DNA of 64,000 nt from Lingula anatina (GCA_051362555.1 CM120642.1:16306001-16370000); one strand, 5' to 3'; numbered from the stretch's first letter, positions 11,965-26,116 are shown. The notes: generated by a model from the sequence alone, not told the origin. Program-made: numbers and translations.

Positions 11965-14900
11965 AATGATCTTCCGCGAACGAAGTTCCCTAAATCCCTT
12001 GAACTAATATGAAAATTGCATTTCATTCTTGCTTACATCGCGAACGATCTCCCAATGATGATATGAAAATTGCCTTTTCGTCTCGCTCGGATCGCGAACG
12101 ATCTCCCTCTGACGATTTTACGTGAACAAAGTCCTGACGATAGTACGCAAACGATTCTCCGCCGAAGATATGCCGTGAGCGGGGAAGGGGGGGGGTTAAA
12201 GATAAAACTAAATATATATATTATTTATAAAATTCAAAGGGGGAGGCGGGGTTAAAATAATGATCTCTTGCTGACGATCGTTCGCAAACTAAGTTCCTTG
12301 AACTGATATGAAAACTGCATTTTATTATTGCTTACATCGCGAACAATCTCCCGATGAAGACATGAAAATTGTCTTTACGTCAAGCTAGGATCGCGAACGA
12401 TCTCCCTCTGATATGATCTTACGCGAACAAAGTCCTGAGGATATTACGCGAACGATTCTCCGCCGAAGATATACCGTGAGCGGGGGAAGGGGGGGGGGCG
12501 GATTAAAGATCAAATGAAAATATATATTTTTTAAAAATCCAAAGTGTGTGTGTGTGTGTGGGGGGGGGGGGTGTTTAAATAATCTACCGCTGACGATCTT
12601 CCGCGAACGAAGTTCCCTAAATCCATTGAACTAATATGAAAATTGCATTTCATTCTTGCTTACATCCCGAACGATCTCCCGATGATGATATGAAAATTGC
12701 CTTTTCGGATCGCGAACGATCTCCCTCTGACGATCTTACGCGAACAAAGTCTTGACGATATTACGCGAACGATTCTCCGCTGAAGATATGCCGTGAGCGG
12801 GGGAAGGGGGGTTAAAGATAAAATGAAAAATATATATTATTTATAAAATTCAAAGGGGGAGGGGGGGTTAAAATAATGATCTCCTGCTGACGATCTTCCA
12901 CAAACGAGGTTCCCTTGAACTAATATGAAAAGTGCATTTTATTCTCGCTTACATCGCGAACGTTCTGCCGCTGAAGATATGAAGATTGCCTTTTCGTCTC
13001 TCTCAAATCGCAAACGATCTCCCGCTGATGATCTTACGCGAACGGAGTCCGCTACAAATATGAAAATTATCTTCTCGTTTCGTTTGGATCGCGAACGATC
13101 TGTTGACTATATTACGCGAACGATTCTCCGCTGAAGATATGAATATTGCCATCTCGTCCCATTTGCATTGCGAACGATCTCCATGTACGAGCCAGGTAAT
13201 CGTTAAATGGTCCGAAATTGAACATTGACATGAATAGAAGTGACGGGTACATTTCACTTCGAGATAATATCTTGATTTTTTCATTGTGTCTTCCTCATTT
13301 AGGACAGCCGCCGATAACAATAACGGCGTTACAAATGACAAAGCCGCGGCCTGTGACTTCTATTTGCCGGCTTGATAACGAACCTTAAGCCAAGTAATAG
13401 TAATGAAACTAAAGACAAAAGGCCGACGTTCCCGCAATTGAGAACGGGAATTCACATCTAAACCATCTATATTGTGAGTAACCGCTCGCAGGGGCGCACT
13501 ATTGTTCCTATCTCCCATTGAGAGTGTTATCAGCAATGATATCTTGATCGTATCATTGTCTTGCATCAACTGACGCATTACCTTCATGTTTGAGCTGGAC
13601 AACGCGGCCATATTTGGTGACGAACTTTTCAAAAATTATCGAGTACCTCATTTACAAGGTCGACGAAGTTTTCAAAGGGAAAAAAATTACGTCGGCGGAA
13701 AATCGTCTGCCGACGAAATTTTCAAGAACGACGAAATTTTCAAGACTTTACCGTAGATGAAGAGCCATGATGACACAGACTCTATTGAATAATCCTTAAA
13801 AGCATAAAATAAACAACGGTGCTTGTTTAAAATTTTTTGTTCACTAAATATATGCCAATTCACTTTATATATGCCAAAGTCCAATTAATATATGCAAAAT
13901 GAAAATAAAAATCTAACTTCCAAAATGGGTTGAAAAGAAGAGTCTTCTCCTACAGTAACTAGTCCATTACTTTTTTTAGATTAGTTTTCCTCGTGAATTA
14001 GTTCTTTGGCGTAACTTCTTTGAAGCTATTCCAAAACTGTGAGAAAAGGTGAGCATTTGTTTATCTATATTTACTGCTTATACCAAGAACAGTGTCAAGT
14101 TACGCATGCTACAAAGATTTCCATGCTATGACCCTGACAGTTTAGAAAAGAGCAGATTCATCTACATTTTTTCAACCACAAAAAGTAGAATGTCTGTACT
14201 GTAATTGCAGTCACCTGGATCCAAGAACTTAAAATTTATTTTACCTATGCAAGCTTCACGAAGGATCACCTTGTGCAATGGATGCCTTTCCAACTACCAC
14301 AATTTACCAATGAAGGCTACTTGGTGTCAGTTTGTACTCTGTATGCATTTCTAGTTTTTACAAATTTTAAGAGCCTCGCTTCTTCCACAATTTTACCTTT
14401 GTAAGATTTTTATAACAAACTATTCTCTCAGTAAACAGTCAAACTCGTTCATTCAGTTCTGTCAAAGCTTCCACTCTGGAAGTATTGCTTTGTAATTTTC
14501 AGGTCAGTAAGGTAAGGATGTGCGCTTCACTGAACTGCTATTCAGTTTGCCTAAGCACTGTGTGCCCTGCTGAATGCAGGGAAACCAACCAAACGTGACC
14601 AAATAAACAACAAAAGCCTATATTGTTAATCTGCTTGGTGGGAGACAAATATTTATTTAAGAAATTGCAAGAAACCCTTCATCTTGTTTGAGACTACACA
14701 GATATACTTTCTTAAAAAAATATTTTCTAATGTTCATTTTTTTTCTGTGATGCCAGTCACAAATAGAACTTTTGAGGTGAAAATTTGTCCTCATAAATGC
14801 CAATACAGCAGTAATTAGAGAAAAAAATTGTATAAAAAGGGAAATTAGGAAATCCTTGCTATTAACTGATACAAGGTGAATTAGGCTGTTTAAAATTGGT

Positions 14901-17900
14901 CAGCGACAGTTTCTTTGTGCCATCACAAGAGTTAACCTAAGTTCTAAGTGTTCTGGGCTTTTTTCAGTCTTAAAATTTGCTACAAAACATATGTCTGTGT
15001 GTGAAAGAGAGTCATCTCATATGGTTTCAGTGCATCTTTACCCACCTTCTTCGACTTCTTGATCATCGGCTGTGGTTTCAACTCCTCTTCTGAGAAAGCT
15101 GTTCTTCTTGGGTCAAATCCATCCTGACCTAAAGTAAGGTCAAAAGGTAAAGGTCATAAAAGGGGTGAAACAGAGGTCAGTGACCAAAACTTCCAAGTAA
15201 GGACAGCATCTTTAAGCTCATTTCTAGAGGGGATGTTCTAAAAACCAAGCAAACCATCAGGTTTCCCTTTGAGAGGCAAACACTTTGAAATTTTGTAGGA
15301 GGATATAAAGGTGGCTAAAAATATCAAGAAATGGGCGCACAGCCACAAATTTCAAGGTGCATTAGTTCTAACAGAAATAAATAAAGAACTGTTTGTTTAA
15401 AATGGTCAAACAAACATTAAAGACACTACAGTAATAATGGCTCAATATAGTTTTAATTTGTAAATTGAGTATATTTTGAAGATTGTTTTAAATATATATG
15501 TAAAACAGTTAAATTAATGATGAAGGTAAGCAGGGGAGCAGAATTTCACATACATGAAATATATATATATATAATGGTCAGGACAAATTGCATTCGCATC
15601 AGGAGAATAAGATACAAAGAGACAAATAAACTGCAAATTCAACATCAAATTTTAATGATTGAATCTGACAAACTGCAATGATATGAGTTTATTTCCATTT
15701 TTGACACTTTATTACACAATACACGATAACAAGTTTACCATCATTTTTACATAATCAACTTATAATGTTGTAAAGATGCAGGAAATGCCAAACAAACACT
15801 TTTACGTATCTTATTAATTAAATAATGAAACTGTTAACATGCCTAAGAAATGAATCTGAGGAAATGTGAAAAAACGGCATTTCTTTAAAATAATGGCCCG
15901 ATTAAGCTGATTTTTTAACTCAACCTGCGTTTTAGCAGAAATGACCACTCCTGTGAGTTTCATGACAATTGGCCTATCTGTTTTTCTTATATTGTATTTA
16001 CTGTGTTGCATATATGCTGAAAAGTGAAGAAAAAAGCATAACTACAAAAACAGTGGCCCGATCATGCTAATTTTCGAACCTGACCTGCGTTATAATAAGA
16101 TCGATTACTCCTGTGAGTTTCATGACAACAGGCCTATCAGTTTTCCTTGAAATGTGTTTACAGTGTTGCATATATGCTGAAAAGTTAAAAAACAGCATAA
16201 CTTCCCTTAAAATGGCCCGATCATGCTGATTTTCGAACTTGACCTGCGTTTTATGAATATTCATCAGCTCTGTAAATATACAGCCAAAAAGTAAAACTGC
16301 CTTCCACTTATCATGTTTACAATGAAAGTGCACGGCGCCAGCGCCGGCGACAGTGACGGCGACAACGGCAGATACAGGTGATGGCAATATGTACAGACAC
16401 ATCTGTACATATTTACTGTACTGTTTGAGAACAGTAAGTGACATTGTTTTTCTTAAATGGTCATCATGGGAGCAGTGCCCAAAATAGGTTTTTTTCAAAT
16501 TTTGATGCAATATTACATAATGTTTAACAGCATAATGACCATCAATTTTAATAATAAAATATTAGTATCATGGATATTCAGAAAATGTGACTAGCAAAGG
16601 TCTTCAGGCCCATGGAACTTCAAAGTCACAACTTGAAAATGCCAAAATGTAAACAAGACAGCACTGTTCTGAAATGTTTTTTTTTTTCCATTTTTAACAA
16701 TTTTTTTAACATAAAACAAAATTAACAGGTTACTGCCATCTTTATATGATCAACTAAGAAAATTGATGAGATGGGAAAAATATAAATACAACAGTGTTAA
16801 ATGTCCAATTTCCTCCATTCTGAGATTCTGAACATAGTGAATGATTGAATCTGACAAACTACAATGATATGAGTTTATTTCCATTTTTGAAACTTTATTA
16901 CACAGTACACGATAACAAGTTTACCATCATTTTTACATAATCAACTAATAATGATGTAAAGATGCAGGAAATGTCAACCAAACACTTTTACATGTCTTAT
17001 TAGTTAAATAATGAGACTGTTAACATGCCTAAGAATTGAATCTGAGGAAATGTGAAACAAGACAGCACTGTTCTGACATGGGTTTATTTCCATTTTAACA
17101 CTTTTTTTAACATAAAACAAAATAAAGTTTACTGCAAATTTTTATATGATCAACTAAGAAAATTGATGAGATGGGGAAAATATCAATAGAATAGTGTTAA
17201 ATGTCTAATTTCCTCCATTCTGAGATTCTGAACATAGTGAATGATTAAATCTGACAAACTGCAATGATATGAGTTTATTTCCATTTTTGACACTTTATTA
17301 CACAATACACAATAACAAGTTTACCATCATTTTTACATAATCAACTAACAATGTTGTAAAGATGCAGGAAATGTCAAACAAACACTTTTACGTATCTTAT
17401 TAGTTCAATAATGAGACTGTTAACATGCCTAAGAGTTGAATCTGAGGAAATGCGAAAAAACAGCATAACTTATAAAATAATGCCCCTTTTATGCTGATTT
17501 TCGAACTCAACCTGCATTTTAGTAAGATTGACCACTCCTGTGAGTTTAATGACAATTGGCCAATCTGTTTTTCTTATATTGTGTTTACAGTGTTGCATAT
17601 ATGCTGAAAAACGAAAAAAACAGCATAACTACTAAAACAGTGGCCCGATCATGCTGATTTTCGAACTTGACCTGAGTTTTCATAAGACTGATTACTCCTG
17701 TGAGTTTCATGACAATAGGCATAACAGTTTTCCTTAAAATGTGTTTACAGGGTTGCATATATGCTGAAAAAAGTGAAAAAACAGCATAACTTCCCTTAAA
17801 ATGGCCCGATCATGCTGATTTTCGAACTTGACCTGTGTTTTATGAATATTCATCAGCTCTGTAAATATTAAGCCAAAAAGTAAAACTGCCCTCCACTTAT

Positions 17901-20900
17901 CGTGTTTACAAGGAAAGTGCACGGCGCCGGCGACGGCATCGGCATCGGCATCGGCATCGGCGACGACAGACGCAGGTGATGGCAATATGTACAGACACAT
18001 CTGTGTCTGTACATAAAAATGCATTAATGGTGATCCTTAACTCTTACAAAACTGTCACATGCAAACTGTTTATCCCCTCTTGCAGAAATGCTTATGTAGC
18101 TTGAAAATGCTGAAGCAAATTGTTCTTATGTTTACTAGTACTATAAAGACTTATTTCAGAAACTGAGTGCATTGCAGACGGGATAATAAAATCCTAGACA
18201 TTCAATTGCATGACCTTGTTTTTCCCCTTAAAATGATTTTCAAAAGGATATTAATAAGCAATTATAAGGTAACATCCAATTTACACTTTTATGACTAAGG
18301 ATTTACTTAAAATGTTACAAACTCCACCTGCCCTCTCTCCTTAACAAATTTAGAGATTTTGGAAACCTCTTTTCTTCATTAAAAAGAAAGTAAATAAATA
18401 AAACAGATTTGATAAAATGAAAAAATATGTTTAAATACACAAGGTTCATGACAGATAGAAATCTAGACTTGGAGTACTAATGGACAATATCAAAGAGGTC
18501 ATTTCAGCTTAACAGTGCTTGTGGCAAATGCATGCCTTTGACATTTCAAAAATGCTCTTACATGGTGCAAGTTACCACAAGTTTGTGAAAGCTAAAATGG
18601 CACGCAGTGAAATATTTGTCAGCAAGTACAACCAAAGCCATTCTATGATTTTTACTGGTATCCCACCAATGTCAATTCAGAAAGTTCCTGAGCTGTCATG
18701 TGAAAAAGGAAAACGTGTACCTACTTCCTGGGTCTTTACCTGGAATGGTAGCCAAGGCCAGATCGGACTTACTGACTTCATAGTCAACTTTGATTATTTT
18801 ATCAATGTCAATGCTGCCGCCAGCAGCCCCTGGTTCTGGGGAGGACATGGGCCGTTTTGGACTGGCACTTGGGGAGGCAGACACTGGAATAAGGAATATG
18901 AGCAGATTGTGCAATGGCCGGAGTCCAATTTGATTTAAGACAATACATTACAAAATTTGATATCATTTGTATAGCTCCTTCACAGTAAAGACATTTCCAG
19001 TGAACTTCTGTTTAAAAAATATACAAATGCATAATTAGTGATTCACTGATTACTACATTTCTAGATGAAAAGAGACCATCTTGAATAAACAATTATAAAA
19101 ATTATAAATAAAAACAATTGCATTTTACTCTGTATCAAGGGTAAAAATTAAACATTACTTCTGTATTAAAAGGAAAAACAGTAAAGTTTACTTTGTATCA
19201 AAGGCAGTGAAGTAGCAGGGGGAGACTCGGGAGCAATGGTCAGGGAGGTGTTGGAGGACTGGCTGTCTCCCTCCTCCTCCCCCACACCATCTTCGTGAGT
19301 CAGTGGTATGCCATTCTCGAAGAGAAACTCGTCCAGGTCCATGTATTCCAGCTTGAAGTCATTATCCATGGGCAGGGTCCTATCCCAAATCTGGGGCCCC
19401 AGGAAAGCCGAGGCAGCATCATAGCTGGGGGAGGAACTGAGAGCTTTTGCCTTGTCGACTGGAGTACTTCTCTTTGGTTCACTGTCACCTGAAAGTTGTA
19501 ATGTTCATTAATTTTAAGTGTGTGCATGTCAAAGATAAACTGGTACACAAGAAGTAGCATATTGTAGGAGAAAAAAAATTTGTCTGGATTTATACATGGC
19601 ATTTTATTCAGTTCCATCTGTATAACATCTAATTAACCTGCTCATGAATTAAAAAAGTAACCTCCCAAGCATATATGGCTGCTCAAAATATTTAGCACAT
19701 AAAACCCTGCATTGTCAATTTGTTTGCTTTTTAACCAACCTTCCAAAGACTCTCCACCTATTTCTGTTACCTAAATGAACATCTTGAGCAAGTGACGTCT
19801 AACCGTGAACTTACCATTTTTAATATGCTGACGCTTACCACGAGCTAATGCTATCTGCTGAAGAAATGCCTTCAGCATTTTGAGGAGACAACAAAAACAA
19901 TGTCCACCCTCTCCTCCCTGCTGAGACTGAGAAACCTGTCTCAGTTCTGGATGGAATGTTTGAACAGTGGGATCAACCTCTGACTTCTGTTTAAAAGCGC
20001 AAGTCACATGACAGCAGTGCTTTCTTTCGAGTGGATAGACACCAAACTTAACCCAAGTGTCAACTTGCACTTCTACTTACGGGTCAATCTGTACCCTTAT
20101 TTTAGAAAATGGGGGTGTATTTCAGTCAGTAAGAAGCATTTAGTTAGAAAATTGAGCCCATTCTGACAGTGTTCACAATGGGAACCCCCAACAGGTTCCC
20201 TTAAGCATAAAAAGAAAAAGAAAAAAAAAACTTTTGTAGACAATTATTTCTGCACCAAGTTGACATTTTATTCCTGTAACCTGCGTCTGTGACACCAGCA
20301 TCTGGCTGACAACAAAACTGGCATACATTCTTCTGACCTCTACTTTGGGTCACATAAGGACACCTGTCACACCACATAAGACTCAGGACACATAAGGACA
20401 GTAACACCACCACCAAATGACACGAAAAATTTATCACCAAGTTGAGTGAGCAGGTTGGAGAGCAGCTATAGAGGGTCAGACTTCCAGGGTGACCCAGAGG
20501 GTGAACTGCCTCCCAGGCACCAACACAAACCACCAGGTGGCCACTAGTCTAAATACAGTTTTGAATAGAAATGATGCTGGATGTGTCTCAAAGCTGATAA
20601 CATCTATATTCAGAAACATTCTTTCTTAATAAAATGTGTCTCTTTTAATATAATAACCACAGGAATCTTTTCTCTATAAAATTACCACGGCCTTCATTTT
20701 ATATAATACATATGACCTAGTTTATATGTACTTACAACACGTCTGACCCAGTTCACAAAGCCCTATCTACCTTACATAATTTGGAATTCATTTCATATAA
20801 TAAGAGTAGTATAAAATCTTGAAAGATCTGGGATAAAACAGGTTTTGCAGACACAATTTTATACTTAAAGAAACAAGTAATATACACTGGTCAAATATCT

Positions 20901-23265
20901 CAATTTCATTTAAGTTCTCTCACTTAACTATGAATACAACTTAGCACACATAATCTAATTTAATGGTTCACTTGGTCAATTTTTGAGTATAAAATCCTCT
21001 TTTGAAAATGTCCCAAAGTCATTTTCTTGTCTACATATACTGCAATGCTACTAACTGGATCTTTCCCATTTCAAACCTTTTTATTAAGAAAGAGATATTT
21101 AAAGATAAACCCCCAACTTGCAGAACATGGCAGTCTTGGTAATGGGAACCTAATTATTTAATCAGAAACCATTTACTATAATCCAAGAGCATGGACAGAT
21201 CGAGCAATGTTTTGTAAGTAGTAGAACATTGTCTTTTCCCAATGAAAATTCGAATTGGCAGAAAAATGCAGGATAGGCCTCGTTGAGAGGACATTGTGTA
21301 GGAGAAAAGGGCCTTGGATTAGCAGATTATCTTCTCATCAAAACTGCAAACAGGACAGATAAAAATTGATTAAAAACCACTCAACTGGGCCAAATATATA
21401 TTAAATTCAAATAAAATTTTTTTGTTCACGTACACATTTAATTTTTCTAGGTAAATAACTTTTTACTGCCAAAACAATACTAAAATCAAAACTGAAATTA
21501 AAATCATGTATTTCAAGTTCTTATTAAATTTATTAATTATTGAACTAACAATATACAGTAGATTAACATAAACAATCTCATATCCCCTCATCTATAAGCA
21601 AGCCACTGAAAGCCTGATAAATAAATTCTATCAGTGAGTATTACTTTTCACAAGCCTTAAAGATTGCTGTAGCTTGGTCTCCTACTCTTTGGGCCATGGC
21701 ATGAGGATACACCACTGTCACAATTGTCCTCGTCACAACTGTAGCAATTCCCAGGTCAAGAAGGGAGTGGGGGGATACCTCAGCCAGTAACTGAGCATGT
21801 AAATCATTTAAAATACACACATTTCAACAAGCATATGGTAATTACGGCAATTACCTGATTTTTTCAATGGGGGGAAAATGGGGGAAATTGTGAATTTTAC
21901 AGATACTGTACTTTTTTATGTCATAATTTTTTTATAATTAGTACATTCCTATTGAGTGGTTGCAAAAATAATAATATTAATAATAATTGTAATAATAATA
22001 AAAACCGGCTATCCAATAGTTCTATTCAATTTAGTAAAAACAAATGCTATCCAACAATATAATTTTTGTGATTAGAAAATTATATTTTGGAAAGTTTGCT
22101 CATTGAAAAAAAATCAAGTATTTACTGTAATTACCATATGGTTGTTGAAATGTGTGTATTTGTATACTTAGTACTGGCTAAATTACTAGTACTCCCTTGA
22201 GTAATTACCTTAGTATCTAACAATAGTAAGAAAGGGTTCAAAGTGGTTTTAAAATGGAGGCTGTATATGTCTAAACATCTCTGCATATAAATATGTGTAT
22301 CCCTCCACAGACTAGCATACGTTTTTGTCATAGATAATCCAGTTCAGGAATGAATACACATCCTGTATCTCCCACTTTAGTGATGTAATTTACTGGAATT
22401 TTTGCATGATTCTCTGATATTTAGCAAATGAATTTTATGTGCTAGTTTAGAGAGAACTATTTTGGAAAATGGCACATTCAACTATTTGACTTTGAGGATT
22501 TCTATGACCTTGCATATTCAACTGGTCCAAAAAACCCTTCATAACATGCAAACATTCCATTGCTGTTTTAAGGACCATTCCCAAAGATATTTGGTTGGGT
22601 CTATCTATCTCCCTGGGGAGTCTAACTAAATTGCTATCAACTTAACCGGCTTAAATGTCTGTTTGTTATAACAAATTCATTTTATTTGGCAGTTACCAGT
22701 AAGACACACATTTTACCAAACAAACAGGGGTGAAAACATAACTTCCTTGGCCAACATAACAAGTTTGTTTTACTTGGCAGTTACCAGCAATCAACACACA
22801 CATCTTCACCCTACCTATTTTGGCAACATACTTTGGCAGGACATGTATTTGCACCTGTCATCCAAAGCTTTTGCTACACAGTATGGGCCATCTAAACCAC
22901 AAGTAACAGACACAAAGCCCCCCTTACAAAATTTGTGAATGTTTAGAAAACTTGGCAGCATACAGAGTCTGTAAATGAATAGATCCTGAACATGCATTCA
23001 AGGCCAGATAAACTTAATATATTAAAGAGGCTCCTTTATATTTGCATTTTTGCAACCTACACAGATTTGTTTTCACACATGAGTAATTCCTCAGGATAAC
23101 AACTAAGCATTTAACTTTATAATGCAATAAAATGTGTAACTCAACCTTGTTATAATTATACTAGAAGGGCAATTAGAATATCAATTACTTGTTGCGTTTT
23201 ACGCAGAATAGTTTAACTTTTACGATGTAAGTGCCCACTGGCAACTCATTTATAAATGCCAATTT

Positions 23266-23296
<31 letters not shown>

Positions 23297-26116
23297 GGGG
23301 GGGTGTGTGCACTAAATTTTCAACTTAATCTTACTCAGAATATTCGTCAAGGCTTGCCATATAACTACTAGTAAGAGGTTCCATGTGATGATTTTTATTT
23401 AAGTTGTCATGTACTTATACTCTGCAGGAGCATATGTTCTATGATAGGCTACAGCATTTATTTCTATATTTCTAATCATTTTTGAAAGTTATTGACCCTG
23501 TGACTCATCTGCTGAGATTATTTCTCTTCTCTTTGTATCAGTTATGTAAGTAGTTCCCTCTTGCTTACAAGTTTTTTTGTTGATTTGAAAATGTTACTGT
23601 ACAAAATCCTGCAATTTACAATTGCACAGTGCAGGAATCCTGAGAGAAAAGATAGCAGCACCGAGAAGTCTCCGAGTCTCAGATGTGTATTTCACTGATA
23701 ACTGTTATAAATGTAAAATGAAACTTTGTTCAAAATTATTACCAAAAGGAGCACCATAACTTTATTATATTAATTTTTCTACTTTAAGAGATATGATTGC
23801 TTAGAAGATGTATAATTTTGGTGACATTTTTAGTGTGGAACTACCTATAAGCACAAGTGTACAACACCATACTGAAGTATTTGCCAAGCATAGCATTTAA
23901 TCATATCATTCAAAAGTAACCCCTTGTTTTTTATTTCCACAATACAGTGTTTATTATAATATTTCTTTGTGATTGTATCAATAGACTTATTATTTAAATT
24001 CTGCAGTAAAACTTTGCTGAAGAAAATCAAATTTTAAAAATCCAAGGCACCTGGCAGCATAACTGCAAACAGCATTGAAATCAAGACAAAAATCAATATT
24101 TAAGAACTATAACATATGTCCACATCAGGTTGAAATTTGAAATCCCTAGGGCAGATTTTTTTTCCTCAATTTAAATTCAAATTTTCATTTTTACCATGTC
24201 TTTTACATTACGCAAGGAGCCCTTAATGGTAACTTATGTTCCACAAATGTACAGTAATTTATGTTCCGAGTCTAATTTTAATCTTTATACTACATTCCGA
24301 TATATTTTGTAGTGGGTCATTTACGGTAAATTAGACATGACGTAAGGATGTTTTTGGGGCTTTGCATCATGGCTAATTCTAGGTAACTTATGTTCCCTAG
24401 AAAAAATGTCAAAATGTTTCATTTTGTTGAAGTACTTGGTAAAAGAGAAAACAATGTTTTCTTTTGCTGATGGAAAAATATATTGTGATTCCATGATCGT
24501 TTGACATTTCTGACATAATATTAGGAGCACGAGGGGAAAAATAATATACTTAATGTTTATTGTACTGTCAGTAGGGTGTATTTCTCCGTTTTTTTTTTTT
24601 TAAGATTCAGTGTTAAGCAAACTTTACTTGCTCAAAGACAATTAATTGTTCTATACAGAAAATTATAATTTTTTACAATGTTATACTTATAGGAGATAAA
24701 TCAAAGACCAAATCCAATAATGACTGAATTTTCAAAGTGACTAAAACATTTCACAGTTGGACATTTTGCATTTGTGACAGTAATATATGTCCCTTTTTGG
24801 GGTAAGACGATGAATTATTTTTTATTATTCCTGGTTCCAGGAGAGTGAAACTTTGCTACAAATTTCTTCATGTGGTACCCTAAAATAATCAAACATAGTT
24901 TGCAATCTGCGTACTAAATATTTTTAAGAGCATGCCTGTGACATCAAGTGCACCTCTATATTGGGTTTGGGTGAAAAGTGACATTATTCAGGACGTAACC
25001 TGCCAAAATGTGCTGGATTACCCCCTTTTTTTCATATTTCAAACATAGTTTTAGGTTTCGTTTTACAATTTTTATCAAATTGCTAGGGCAGAAATTATGT
25101 TTCTGAAATATGAGAGAGCCTCCTTAATAATACATCCTTACTACTGTAACAATAAGTTTACAAAATACTTTTCAGCTTTATTCGACTATTCATGTGTTCA
25201 TGATAGATGCCATAAACCGCATTACAAAGGGTACTTCTGCAGTATTCCTTCCACCCTCTAACTCTCTAATCTTTAAAACTTATCAAAGTTATGTGGTGAC
25301 TTATTTCAATGGCTCTGCTATTCAATTAAATAATTTTGGAAATTTGCTTATTTTTTAAATTTTAGAATATTTACTTATTTTTTTTATCTTTTTCTGATTA
25401 ACCATCAAGATCTTTGGTCAATGGGATTACAGCAAATTTTTACCCAAGGGGTAACCTCAACACTCATCATATTTGGAAGGCAAAGTTTCATGTAAAAACA
25501 TCTTAAAATCAGTAAATGAATTGCCAAACTAATTATTTGACTAGCGGTGACGTCGACATTACTCAAAATCACCCCACAAACTGATTTAGAAAAGATATCA
25601 CTAATATGGTGGAGGAAAAATGCAAAAGTGCATGCAAAGTACTGCATTCGTTAAACAGGGGCAATCAGCTAGCGATGACCTACAATCTGACCCCCAAGTC
25701 TGATCAAAATACACACGCGGACTACAACGTGACTTGGCCGGAGTGGTCAGTGGGCTAATGTCACTGACCATGACCACGATCCTGGTTTCGCAACACCACA
25801 CCTCCCCAATCAGCTGACCATCTGTTTAATGTAAATTCAAGCTAAAAGTGACAAAAAATGATTCTCGATCAAGATGGTGGTTGTACCTATACTCTCCTCT
25901 ACCATGCATCCTTCCTAAAACTTTGTAAAAGAAGTTCGGATACTGGTCTGTTTACCACTGAATTCCGCTAACCTTGGTCAGTTTGATATTTATCATCGTA
26001 AGACGCAAATATCTGCCCCGTTTTCCCCACTTACCCGCACCTGGCGCACACACGCTCAAGAAAGATGGATTCTCCAAGAGTGAGCGGAGAGAGACGCCAG
26101 TAGTACCCATAGCCAT
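10425..26116 (-). CDS. HLF: PAR-domain bZIP transcription factor (HLF/TEF/DBP/Pdp1 family); 5 coding exons, 278 aa
   Basis: Exons 26116-26035 ([17 protein letters not shown]), 19488-19192 ([13 protein letters not shown]...[18 protein letters not shown]), 18883-18740 (...DLALATIPG), 15128-15046 ([24 protein letters not shown]) and 10655-10425 ([31 protein letters not shown] plus zipper). All introns are GT-AG, phases are consistent, total 837 nt. Motifs match the PAR-bZIP family; the symbol marks the family, not strict 1:1 orthology. Confidence 0.95.
10910..11128. mobile_element. Tc1/mariner-like MITE
   Basis: TA|CTCTGGACCAAAAAAAAAGTTC ... GAACTTTTTTGGTTCAGTG|TA. Confidence 0.65.
11131..13753. 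mobile_element. Non-autonomous TA-flanked TIR element (Tc1/mariner-like) with internal tandem array
   Basis: TA|CGGTAAAGTCTTGAAAATTTCGTCG ... CGACGAAATTTTCAAGACTTTACCG|TA; no transposase ORF; CpG-rich interior. Confidence 0.85.
11630..13190. repeat. Higher-order tandem array (~310-bp monomers, ~620-bp dimer) built on CGCGAAC(G/A) submotifs
   Basis: Variant A near 11690 and 12311, variant B near 12012 and 12639; poly-G or (GT)n-polyG spacers between monomers. Confidence 0.85.
15655..18020. mobile_element. Compound repeat, Helentron-associated (HINE-like) non-autonomous element(s) with local duplications
   Basis: 15655-16410 is duplicated at ~17240-18005, with a partial third copy at ~16840-17060; ~125-bp subrepeats (CATGCTGATTTTCGAACTTGACCTG...CTCCTGTGAGTTTCATGAC); (GGCATC)n/GGCGAC microsatellite; terminal hairpin TATGTACAGACAC-atct-GTGTCTGTACATA (17986-18015) followed by an A-run. 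The family assignment is inference. Confidence 0.6.
19815..19878 (-). CDS. Candidate alternative first coding exon of the PAR-bZIP gene
   Basis: aaaATG CTG AAG GCA... reads [13 protein letters not shown], followed by donor GTAAGC (exon end 19839); a second donor GTAAGT lies 24 nt further on (exon end 19815). Both are phase 1 and match the acceptor at 19488. Confidence 0.5.
23266..23309. repeat. (GT)n plus poly-G tract
   Basis: Directly visible; similar tracts at ~11917-11959 and ~46577-46596. Confidence 0.9.

Noticed and set aside
11630-13190. Regularly spaced CGCGAAC motifs superficially like a CRISPR array
   Set aside because: The spacers are themselves repeated, the repeats are degenerate, there are no cas genes, and the context is a eukaryotic intron.
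16067-18024. Paralogous ORFs 16067-16510 and 17734-18024
   Set aside because: They are chance translations of a duplicated repeat and microsatellite with no domain signature.
18519-18938. 139-aa + strand ORF, and other antisense ORFs over exons (633-977, 4208-4567, 25974-26309)
   Set aside because: Shadow ORFs opposite real coding exons, with no independent motif or splice support.
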